Part shown: positions 56,306-64,000 of the stretch, piece after piece
Numbering within the stretch: position 1 is the stretch's first letter
How the letters are laid out: every line of letters begins with the position of its first letter
Source of the DNA: an uncultured Gammaproteobacteria bacterium
GTDB taxonomy: Bacteria > Patescibacteriota > Patescibacteriia > SBBC01 > CAIJZX01
NCBI GenBank assembly: GCA_964397195.1
Contig: CAYNGY010000001.1
Location: 6,586 to 70,585 of the forward strand
DNA length: 64,000 bases
Reading direction: 5' to 3'
Notes under the pieces: model-generated
The model's input: only the letters and a program-made list of their open reading frames with translations
The model's database searches: none
What the model was told of the DNA's origin: nothing
Program-made: the position numbers and the translations under genes

Positions 56306-58105
56306 CTAGGCCGGATCGGTCAGGGTCCGTTGTCGATATTCGGTGACGGAGAGAATGACGCTGTCACCGGCAATCGCCTCGGTAATCCCCTCGAGCTTCA
56401 TGCCACACTCATTTCCCTCGCTCACTTCTTTGACATTCTGCTTGTTGCTTTGGAGCTGGCCGATGCGCCCACGGGCGATGACGACGCCTTTTCGCTCAAT
56501 GCGAGCATCGCTTCCCTGCACCATCTTTCCGGTCAGCACCTTACCGCCGACAACCTCAAAGGAGTGTTCATGTCGGAAGACAGCTAACAAATTGAGCGTT
56601 CCGATGTCGCGAATTTCGGCTTTTGGTTTCAACATGGCCGTCAACTTCGTCGTCACCGAATCAACGAGCTGGTAGATAATATCGTAGGTCTCGATGGTAA
56701 TGCCCTTACTCCGAGCAAGTTGTTCGGCCTTTGGTGAGAGCAATACGTTAAACCCGAGGAGAATGGCGTGCGCAGATTCCGCCCGGAGCACGTCGGCTTC
56801 GGAAACAATGCCGAGTCCGCGCTGGACGATCTCAACCGCAACTTCCGGATGCTGAATCTTTTTCAACAGTTCAAGAATTGCTTCGGCTGACCCGAGTGTA
56901 TCGGTCTTGAGAATAACAAATAACTTCTGCACTTCCGGCGCATCCTCACCCTCGGCGGCATCGCCGTGGGCGGAAACGGAACGCTTCCCAACGACCGAGG
57001 TTGTATGGAGCCCGAGTTGATGCGACTTCACTTTCTTTTTCAAAATTTGGGCGGCATCCGCATCAACATGGAACACATCGCCGATTTGCGGGGCGGCCTT
57101 GAGTCCGAGAATCTGGACGGCGGTTGACGGCGGGGCAGTCTTAATGAGTTCGCCGCGATCATTTTTCATCGAGCGAACCTTCCCCCAGACCTGTCCAACG
57201 ACAATTTCGTCCCCGGCGCGGAGCGTGCCGGTTTGGACGAGCGCTGAGCACAGCGGCCCTTGTTTCGGATCGACATGTGACTCAATAATCGTCCCAACCG
57301 CCGGGCGTTTCGGGTTGACCATCAGCTTCGACGCATCAATATCGGCTAGCAATAGCACGGATTCAAGGAGTTCTGGAATACCGTGTCCGGTTTTTGCCGA
57401 GACTTGCACGAACGGAACTTTCCCGCCGTACTCTTCGGCCAGAACCTCTTTTTCGGCCAGTTCTTTTTTAACGCGTTCCGGATTCGCTTCCGGCTTATCA
57501 ATTTTAGTCAGCGCAATCAGATACGGCAACTTCGCATCGAGAATCATCTTGAGCGACTCGTGGGTCTGCGGTTTCATGCCCTCTTCTGAGGCGACCACCA
57601 GGATCGCCACGTCCGCAATCGTCGCACCGCGGGCTCGCATTCGGGTGAACGCTTCGTGACCAGGAGTATCGATGAAGGTGATTAGGCGATCATGGGTGTT
57701 CACCTGATACGCTCCAATCGACTGCGTAATACCTCCGGCTTCACCAGCCGTGACGTGCGTTTTACGAATCGCATCAAGTAAGGATGTCTTCCCATGGTCA
57801 ACGTGACCCATCACAACCACGACCGGTGGCCGGGCGGTCAATGTCGCGGTCGGATCTTCGGCGAATGGATTCTCCGCGGCGGCCGCGGGCGTCTCCGCGA
57901 TGTCGGCGGACTCCATCTCAACCGATTGCCCTAAATCAGTGGCGATGATCGCCGCCGTGTCGAAATCAATCTCTTGGTTGACCGAGGCCATCACCCCGTT
58001 TTTCAGAAGCTCAGCCACCACAACCGTGACCGAAAGCCCAAGCTTCTCAGCCAGGTCGCGAACAATGATTGTGGGTGGGATGGTGATAGCGGCCATTAGA
58101 GACAA
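56306..58105 (-). CDS. infB: Translation initiation factor IF-2
   Basis: G domain VVVVMGHVDHGKTSLLD, DTPGH and NKID motifs. C-terminal beta-barrel domains. Confidence 0.9.
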   Translation of the reverse strand: MSLMAAITIPPTIIVRDLAEKLGLSVTVVVAELLKNGVMASVNQEIDFDTAAIIATDLGQSVEMESADIAETPAAAAENPFAEDPTATLTARPPVVVVMGHVDHGKTSLLDAIRKTHVTAGEAGGITQSIGAYQVNTHDRLITFIDTPGHEAFTRMRARGATIADVAILVVASEEGMKPQTHESLKMILDAKLPYLIALTKIDKPEANPERVKKELAEKEVLAEEYGGKVPFVQVSAKTGHGIPELLESVLLLADIDASKLMVNPKRPAVGTIIESHVDPKQGPLCSALVQTGTLRAGDEIVVGQVWGKVRSMKNDRGELIKTAPPSTAVQILGLKAAPQIGDVFHVDADAAQILKKKVKSHQLGLHTTSVVGKRSVSAHGDAAEGEDAPEVQKLFVILKTDTLGSAEAILELLKKIQHPEVAVEIVQRGLGIVSEADVLRAESAHAILLGFNVLLSPKAEQLARSKGITIETYDIIYQLVDSVTTKLTAMLKPKAEIRDIGTLNLLAVFRHEHSFEVVGGKVLTGKMVQGSDARIERKGVVIARGRIGQLQSNKQNVKEVSEGNECGMKLEGITEAIAGDSVILSVTEYRQRTLTDPA

Positions 58106-58156
58106 TAAATCGCCGAGAGTATACGAAAAATACCCTCTGTTGTCAACTGTGCTCTG

Positions 58157-58885
58157 TTATTCGAACGACCGATCCCGGCCGACAATCACGTGGAGCTTCT
58201 GGTGTAAGACCGTAATAGTGACCGGTGGGTTGACCATCACCTGTCCATCAAGGACGATCGGCGTCTCGCCTTCGACGCGTTCAATCTTTGCCGTGGTGAT
58301 CGGGAAGACGCTCGGCGCGTCATGACCGCGATGCAGCCAACTGCCGCCCGCCGGTCGGATGGTCAGTTCGAGTTTCCCGTCATCTGGACGTGAGCCCGGA
58401 CCAAGATTGACGATGGTCACTTCAGATTCCGGGTCGGTGGACTCGACGGTGTAAGCGTGTTCACAATTGACCCGCAAACCAACGGGAAGTTTTGCGTGGA
58501 GGAGAAAATGCATCCCTCCGGCCGACCCCAAATCAATCCGACGCATAATTCGCCGTGACAACATATCACAGGCCGCGACGCCATCTGGGATGCCCAAGGC
58601 GTGAGCGACGAGTTGCTGGGGGCCGACCGGAACTATGCCAAGTGCGGCATCGGCCTCGAGGACGAGCGGGAGAATTTTGGCAATCGTTTGGTCATTCCCA
58701 ATCGCGACAATCGTGTCGGCGCCGCGCTTCAGCATCGTCCGCACGGATTCTTGCAAATTTTTTAGGATGGTAATCTTTTCCGTCCGACCCTGAATGCCGA
58801 GTGTCGCTAAACGTGTCTCGATTCGGATCGACTCCGTTCGATACTTTTGATCTTGAACGAAGCTGTCAAAGACGTACGCGTACAT
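58157..58885 (-). CDS. Diacylglycerol kinase catalytic-domain lipid kinase (YegS/BmrU-like)
   Basis: DAGK_cat-like N-terminal Rossmann (TIVAIGNDQTI) and C-terminal beta domain. Assignment is moderate. Confidence 0.5.
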   Translation of the reverse strand: MYAYVFDSFVQDQKYRTESIRIETRLATLGIQGRTEKITILKNLQESVRTMLKRGADTIVAIGNDQTIAKILPLVLEADAALGIVPVGPQQLVAHALGIPDGVAACDMLSRRIMRRIDLGSAGGMHFLLHAKLPVGLRVNCEHAYTVESTDPESEVTIVNLGPGSRPDDGKLELTIRPAGGSWLHRGHDAPSVFPITTAKIERVEGETPIVLDGQVMVNPPVTITVLHQKLHVIVGRDRSFE

Positions 58886-59286
58886 TAGCCGCGTCCATTC
58901 TTCTCCTTCCCGTTGGCTTCGGGTTGGGCCTCGTGACCGCTCATCGTAACTTTGCCGTGCAAGACGGCGCCGTGGGCGACGGCGATGGCTTGCGTTTCAA
59001 CGTTGCCAAAAATCTTTGCGGTTGGGAGGAGTTCAATCTTGCCGCCGCATTTTACCTGACCCCGGATTTCGCCGCCGACGATAATATTCGCCGCTTCAAC
59101 ATCCGCCTTGATAATCGCGCGCGTGCCAATCCGCAGATTCTTATTGGTCTTGAGTGTCCCCGCGACGTGTCCATCAACGACAATATCACCAGCGCCGACA
59201 AAGGTACCCTCAACTTTTACGCTCGAGCCGATGATGGTCTCGATATCTTTCGTTGACGTTTCATTTTCTCGTTGGAACATAGCCAT
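58885..59286 (-). CDS. Bactofilin
   Basis: Beta-helical repeat pattern (GTFVGAGDIVVDGHVAGTL...IIKADVEAANIIVGGEIRGQV) with a Pro/Lys-rich tail. Confidence 0.7.
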   Translation of the reverse strand: MAMFQRENETSTKDIETIIGSSVKVEGTFVGAGDIVVDGHVAGTLKTNKNLRIGTRAIIKADVEAANIIVGGEIRGQVKCGGKIELLPTAKIFGNVETQAIAVAHGAVLHGKVTMSGHEAQPEANGKEKNGRG

Positions 59287-59331
59287 ATGTATTCGTTAGT
59301 ACGCCCCCATCCTACCGTAAAAAAGCCGGCC

Positions 59332-59739
59332 ATGTCAAAGGAGATCTTGACGTTCGTCGTAAAATCACGTACCCATAGTTCTATGGGACTTTCATTCCAA
59401 CGCCGTCGCGAAACGTTTGTCTGTGTGCACTGCCAAGAAACCGTCATCGGTGATGGGTACACGAACCACTGCCCACGCTGCCTATGGAGTCTTCACGTTG
59501 ACCAGCAACCCGGTGATCGGGCCGAAGCGTGCGGTGGACCGATGGAACCAATCAAGGTTGAGCTACGACATGATGAGTTCGTCATCACCCATCGCTGTCA
59601 GGTCTGTCATCACGAAAAGCGCAATCGCGCCGCCCGCGACGACAATCGTGAGGAAATGATTCGTATCACCGCGGACGTGGCCCGTCGATTTATGAACCGC
59701 ACCGTCGGGCCGTCAGCTCCTAATCAGCCCCAACAGTAA
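59332..59739 (+). CDS. RNHCP-domain protein (start ATG uncertain: 59332 or 59376)
   Basis: Motif GYTNHCPRCLWSLHVD and a second Cys pair (CQVCHHEK), consistent with the RNHCP domain. Confidence 0.5.
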   Translation: MSKEILTFVVKSRTHSSMGLSFQRRRETFVCVHCQETVIGDGYTNHCPRCLWSLHVDQQPGDRAEACGGPMEPIKVELRHDEFVITHRCQVCHHEKRNRAARDDNREEMIRITADVARRFMNRTVGPSAPNQPQQ

Positions 59740-59744
59740 CAGCC

Positions 59745-62700
59745 TTACGGGGCCGGAATTTTCAGAACCCAACCCGGTTGAATGAGTGATGGGTTTGTGG
59801 CCAGCGACGGGTGGGCGCCGATGTTTGCATTCACAAGTCGCTGATACGTGACACCGTTGCCGAGGAACTGATGGGCGATGCTCCAAAGCGAATCGCCGGA
59901 CTTTACCGTGTAGGTTCCACCCTTTGAACTCGTGATTGCCGCCGTACTCGATCGAACGGTAATTTTGTAGGAGGCTGAGAAATCACTGCGAACGCCGTCG
60001 GCATTGGTCGATCGTGTCTTGATGATATGGGTGCCTGGCGATAACTTCTGACGAGCAACCTTCAATACGTACGAGACGATGTCATTCGGCTGGCCACTCA
60101 CCTTCGTGACGCTGACCGATTTTCCGTCCACGTAGACTCGAACCACCTGACCACCGTGCGCAATTCCTGCCACAATGAGCGGCTCGGTGCCGGTGGTTGG
60201 TAAGATCAGTTGCTGGATGACCGGCGTCGCCGTCCGCGCAGTCGCTGTTGGTTCGGGTGTTGGCACTTCAACGCTCGTTTGGAAGGTCGCGTCGGCGTCA
60301 TGGTCGGTCGTCGAGCCGACGGAGATGACTTCGTAGTGGTACGTCTGTCCGGCAGTGAGGCCGGTTAGGGTCATGGTGTGCGTTGTCACCAGGCTCAAAT
60401 CAAGCGCCTCAAGACCGTAATCTGTGGTCAGGCCGTAGCGGACCTTTGAAGTCGCCGGTTCGTTCGTCGTCCAGCTGACGACAACTGAGGTTGGACTGAT
60501 ACCACTCACCAACACATTCGAGATATACGTTCGGGCTCCCGACGCGGTCGTAAAGGCCAGGTCAGCAGAGGCGACCGCGTTCCCGGCTTGGTCGGCGCTC
60601 AACGCTTGGGCGTGGAACGACGTGTCGTTGGCGAGGCCACTAATGGTCACGGAGTGTGATGTGCTCAACGTCGCGTCGAGCGTCGTCAACGTGCCGTATC
60701 CGCTGGTCAGGCCGTAGGCAATTTGGGTGGTAGCCGGTTCCGTGGTGGTCCACGTCAGGGTTGCCGTGCTATCGGTGGGGGCGGCCACGAAACTATTCAC
60801 GGTCGGCGCCAGCGTATCTTTCAAAACCGTGAATGCATCACCAAGTTCGTTGGTTAGTCCATCAAGTGCGTGCACTCGAACGGAAACGTAGGCGGTACCT
60901 TCGGGTAGTGAAGAAAAATCAATTGTCCATGGCGTCGCATACGATGCGACAGCCCCGGAGAAAATCGTGGTCCAGTTTTTTACCAGCGTGCCGGTCTGAT
61001 TTGCCCCGGCGTAGATCGCGTATTCAGCCAGATCAATATTCGGGCCGCTGGCTGATTTTGAAAAACTGACCGTGTAGGTGGTGCCGGCGACATTGCGCGG
61101 TGTCGTATCTCCGCTTTGGGTATCGGTGATCACCGGGACGTCCGTATTCACGGTCACACCGTTGGCGGTTCGCACGCCGCCCGCATTCCCGGCGGTATCG
61201 ACCGCGCGAACGGACACGAAGTACTGCACGCCGCTGGTCAGAGAGAGGCCGGTGGCCGTGACTGATGTACTTGTCCCGGCCGAAGTCCAGCCACGAGTTT
61301 GCACACCGCCGCTTGTCGTCCCAATTGCGTATTCGTATCGCCCGAGCCCGGAGAGTACATCGGTCGCCGCGGACCAGTGCGCGCTCATAGCGGTCGTGCT
61401 CGACTGATAGTCGAGGTCGGAGCCGAGGCCGTCAGTGACTGACGCCGGCGTGGTCGGTGCCGTCCCATCATATTGGTACGGGCCGTAATCAACGACGCCG
61501 CCGCTAAGTGTTCCCCCGATATCGTATGAGGCGGTGTGGAGATACCAGTCGCCGTCCACGGTGGCGGTTTGGATGAACGGTGTTTCACCGAGGCTCGGTG
61601 TGTCGGTGCCCGGAAACGTATAGGTCAGGTTCTGATCCCAGACGCGAACGGTGATCCCGGCCGCAGTCTGATCGTTGAAGGTAAACGTCGACGTGTTGTA
61701 CCACGTTGAGGTGGTTTGGTCGGATATGATGTTTGGTGGGAGCGCCTGCGTATACACGCTCTTTAATGCGGTGTATGACGTTTCAATTCCGTCGCCGTTA
61801 CGTGCTTTGACCTGTATCCGATGGATCGTGCTTGGGGTCAGGCCAGTTCGGGTCCAGGTATTTGTCGTCACCCATCCGGAGTTGACGCCATTTGTGGTGT
61901 CATTAAAGAAGAGTGCCGCTTGGCCGGTACCGAGGTTCGAAATGGTGCCGCCGGCGTGGACCGTAAAGGATGTGGTGGTGACACTATCTTGCGTCACGTT
62001 CGTCGGCGTCTGAATAGCCGTATACGAACTCGCGCTCGAGCCGTCGGTATTGCCATTCGCGTCAGTCACGTTCGGGTGACGGGTGTATTGGGTGTTGGCG
62101 GTCAAACCCGTTTCCGTACAGGACTGTGATCCGGCGGCCAGGTTCGTACAACCGGTCACGTTACTATGGCTGGCATTATGAACGTCATACCGAGTTTCGG
62201 CCGTGGCATTGTCCGTCCAGGTCCACGTAATCGAGGTGGTCGTAATTGTACTATGACTTGTCGCGGTCGGTGCTTGTGGCGGGAGCGTGTAGTTAATGAC
62301 CAACTGCGGTTTATTTGCCGCGGCATCAACCGACGCATACGCCCCCGCCCGGTTCGCAATACTTCCAAAAATGCCGAAACTTATTTTTTGCGTCGTCGTC
62401 AATCGCGCTTGCACGTCGGCGTTCGCCAGCGCGCCGAGGGTGTAGCTCTTCGATCCGGTGGTTCCCCACGATTGGCCGCTAACGTACTCACGACTTGAAC
62501 CGGCGACATCATTGTACACATCAGCACAGGCCAGACTCGAGGTGTCATCCGTCACCCCGCGTACAACCGAAATACTTCCGGAGGTGGTTGTCGAAACGTT
62601 GACGGTCAGCTGAACACTGGTAATGGTGGCGTTAGTCGGAATGGACGCCAAACTAAATTGCATCTCACTGGCATTATTGGTGTCCGTGTATCCACCAAGT

Positions 62701-63275
62701 GAGCAATCAGCAAAGTTGTGAAACTGGCCGCTCGCCTTGAGTATCGTCGAGGATGCGCTCTCGCAAGAGTATTCAGTTAACTCCGCTATACATCCCCCGC
62801 CACCGTCATCGATGTAGGTTGATGTGTTGTTCCCGGTAATGTCGTACGTCGGGTTGAGGGTGACGCTTGATGAATACGCGTCGGCTCGTTGCGGGCGTCC
62901 GGCGATAAAGATTCCGTAGCCGAGCGTAAAGAATTGAATGGAAATAGCGAGGACGGTCAGCATGACCATGCTGACGGAAAGTTTCATCCGTTGTAAATAT
63001 CCGTTGTACGATTCGAGATACTGACCATGTTCGTCCCGCGCGCTCAATTCGCTAAACGCAAACATCGGCGCTTTACGAAAGTGAGATGGAATTTCGAGCA
63101 GGACTAAAAACAAGACGACCAAAAACCGCGCGAACTGGGCGATCGTGAAGAAGACGATATGCAGGAAGCGAGAATCAAAAACACCCTGCGGATTGTGCAA
63201 CCACTCCGCAAAGAGTGCTACCCTTTGTCGTAACCGGACGAGCCGGACATGCATAATATTTGTTTTTCTTTTCAC
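59745..63275 (-). CDS. Giant cell-surface protein with FN3-like and Ig-like repeats and a C-terminal LysM domain (start ambiguous: 63275 or 62987)
   Basis: N-terminal membrane anchor or signal. Thr/Ser-rich repeated beta-modules (ITWTWTDNATAETRY..., ATLTWTTTEP..., VVVSWTTNEP...). C-terminal LysM YTVKSGDSLWSIAHQF...VLKIP. Confidence 0.7.
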   Translation of the reverse strand: MKRKTNIMHVRLVRLRQRVALFAEWLHNPQGVFDSRFLHIVFFTIAQFARFLVVLFLVLLEIPSHFRKAPMFAFSELSARDEHGQYLESYNGYLQRMKLSVSMVMLTVLAISIQFFTLGYGIFIAGRPQRADAYSSSVTLNPTYDITGNNTSTYIDDGGGGCIAELTEYSCESASSTILKASGQFHNFADCSLGGYTDTNNASEMQFSLASIPTNATITSVQLTVNVSTTTSGSISVVRGVTDDTSSLACADVYNDVAGSSREYVSGQSWGTTGSKSYTLGALANADVQARLTTTQKISFGIFGSIANRAGAYASVDAAANKPQLVINYTLPPQAPTATSHSTITTTSITWTWTDNATAETRYDVHNASHSNVTGCTNLAAGSQSCTETGLTANTQYTRHPNVTDANGNTDGSSASSYTAIQTPTNVTQDSVTTTSFTVHAGGTISNLGTGQAALFFNDTTNGVNSGWVTTNTWTRTGLTPSTIHRIQVKARNGDGIETSYTALKSVYTQALPPNIISDQTTSTWYNTSTFTFNDQTAAGITVRVWDQNLTYTFPGTDTPSLGETPFIQTATVDGDWYLHTASYDIGGTLSGGVVDYGPYQYDGTAPTTPASVTDGLGSDLDYQSSTTAMSAHWSAATDVLSGLGRYEYAIGTTSGGVQTRGWTSAGTSTSVTATGLSLTSGVQYFVSVRAVDTAGNAGGVRTANGVTVNTDVPVITDTQSGDTTPRNVAGTTYTVSFSKSASGPNIDLAEYAIYAGANQTGTLVKNWTTIFSGAVASYATPWTIDFSSLPEGTAYVSVRVHALDGLTNELGDAFTVLKDTLAPTVNSFVAAPTDSTATLTWTTTEPATTQIAYGLTSGYGTLTTLDATLSTSHSVTISGLANDTSFHAQALSADQAGNAVASADLAFTTASGARTYISNVLVSGISPTSVVVSWTTNEPATSKVRYGLTTDYGLEALDLSLVTTHTMTLTGLTAGQTYHYEVISVGSTTDHDADATFQTSVEVPTPEPTATARTATPVIQQLILPTTGTEPLIVAGIAHGGQVVRVYVDGKSVSVTKVSGQPNDIVSYVLKVARQKLSPGTHIIKTRSTNADGVRSDFSASYKITVRSSTAAITSSKGGTYTVKSGDSLWSIAHQFLGNGVTYQRLVNANIGAHPSLATNPSLIQPGWVLKIPAP

Positions 63276-63522
63276 CTATACTATAGCAAAAAAAGGGGCT
63301 TTCGTCAATGTCTTCTGTTGTCATTTTGTTGAGTCTTGTGTACCATGTTGTAGCCCTATGCAAGACGAGCACACAAATCGAGACATTCTGACACTCGTGG
63401 TCATTATGGTTGTGTTTGTGTCGATCATTGCCGCTCTGAAAGTCGTTGATGATAAAACTGGAATCATCAAGGACATAGGGACAAGAATCGTATCTAGGTA
63501 CATATAGTATTTAGCGACTCTT

Positions 63523-63597
63523 GCCCCCGTAGCTCAACGGATAGAGCGGTCCCGTCCTAAGGGAATGATAGAGGTTCAATTCCTTTCGGGGGCACCA
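63523..63597 (+). tRNA. tRNA-Arg, anticodon CCU
   Basis: Acceptor gcccccg/cgggggc, 4-bp anticodon stem tccc/ggga with loop gtCCTaa (an unusual G32), T-arm agagg-ttcaatt-ccttt, CCA. Confidence 0.65.
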
Positions 63598-63598
63598 A

Positions 63599-63674
63599 GG
63601 GCCCTTAGCTCATTTGGTAGAGCGCTTCCATGGCATGGAAGAGGTAAGGAGTTCGATTCTCCTAGGGTCCACCA
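63599..63674 (+). tRNA. tRNA-Ala, anticodon GGC
   Basis: Acceptor gggccct/agggtcc with G3:U70, anticodon stem cttcc/ggaag with loop atGGCat, T-arm aggag-ttcgatt-ctcct, CCA. 1 nt after tRNA-Arg. Confidence 0.8.
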
Positions 63675-63690
63675 GACCTAGATTAGCAAG

Positions 63691-63811
63691 ATGTTCCTCG
63701 AGGAACATCTGAATAAAGGAAATGTTCCGCGAGGAACAATTGAAAATACACGAAGAACATATGTTCCTCGGGGAACATATGTAAATTGTCGAATGTTCCG
63801 CGAGGAACATT
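63691..63811. repeat. Array of four palindromes TGTTCC-N4-GGAACA, resembling parS sites
   Basis: ATGTTCCTCGAGGAACAT (63691-63708), AATGTTCCGCGAGGAACAATT (63721-63741), ATATGTTCCTCGGGGAACATAT (63759-63780), AATGTTCCGCGAGGAACATT (63792-63811). Confidence 0.55.
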
Positions 63812-63816
63812 GGCTT

Positions 63817-63892
63817 GGGCCTGTAGCTCATTTGGTAGAGCGCTGCATTCGCATTGCAGAGGTAAGGGGTTCGATTCCCCTCAGGTCCACCA
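63817..63892 (+). tRNA. tRNA-Ala, anticodon CGC
   Basis: Acceptor gggcctg/caggtcc with G3:U70, anticodon stem ctgca/tgcag with loop ttCGCat, T-arm agggg-ttcgatt-cccct, CCA. Confidence 0.8.
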
Positions 63893-64000
63893 ATTGGAAG
63901 TGTCGTAAAGTGTTAGATATCGAGAGTTACTGATTTTCGGGGTTTTTGGTATTTGAAAAGAGGGGTCATTGCTGACCCCCGGGGGTTTTCGGCGGGGCGA

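Noticed and set aside
63691-63811. CRISPR array
   Set aside because: The units are palindromic operator or centromere-like sites with short AT-rich spacers of unequal length, not repeat-spacer units. No cas genes are in the window.

Overview
A high-GC bacterial chromosomal segment of about 64 kb, densely packed with housekeeping genes: smc, rnc, nusB, rpmF, gyrA, rpsA, ftsH, rplS, hup, rny, clpP, nrnA, rbfA, infB, msrA, rmlD, gpsA and ten tRNA genes. Gene content and several traits (RNase Y, YfhO, bactofilin, ribosomal protein L32 with a charged tail, tRNA-Ile with a UAU anticodon, large LysM/FN3 and beta-helix surface proteins) suggest an uncultured, possibly Patescibacteria/CPR-like or Gram-positive-like lineage, but this is inference from gene content only. 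Accessory features are listed below.

- **Standalone retron-type reverse transcriptase (the most unusual feature):** RT at 25727..26749 on the minus strand, with RT motifs 1 and 2, a QGSPSSP motif and YLDDLTFS. It is preceded by roughly 1.4 kb of non-coding DNA built from three diverged tandem copies of a module 450-580 nt long. Each module ends, on the RT strand, in a conserved hairpin plus U-tract element. No effector ORF is in the operon.
- **Copper and thiol cluster:** CopZ, a membrane protein with a cupredoxin-like domain, CsoR with nested GGGGGGATT palindromes, a DsbA-like protein and a 4-Cys membrane protein.
- **Low-GC islet:** PadR, DUF1048 and GIY-YIG genes between tRNA-Ala and tRNA-Lys, flanked by a partial duplicate of tRNA-Ala that carries a 52-nt hairpin insertion.
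- **Palindrome array:** four tandem TGTTCC-N4-GGAACA palindromes resembling parS sites, between two tRNA-Ala genes.
- **Hypermodification-like enzyme:** a standalone gene that I tentatively recognise as alpha-glutamyl/putrescinyl thymine pyrophosphorylase-like, next to tRNA-Val and rluD.

I found no CRISPR array, rRNA gene or obvious transposase.
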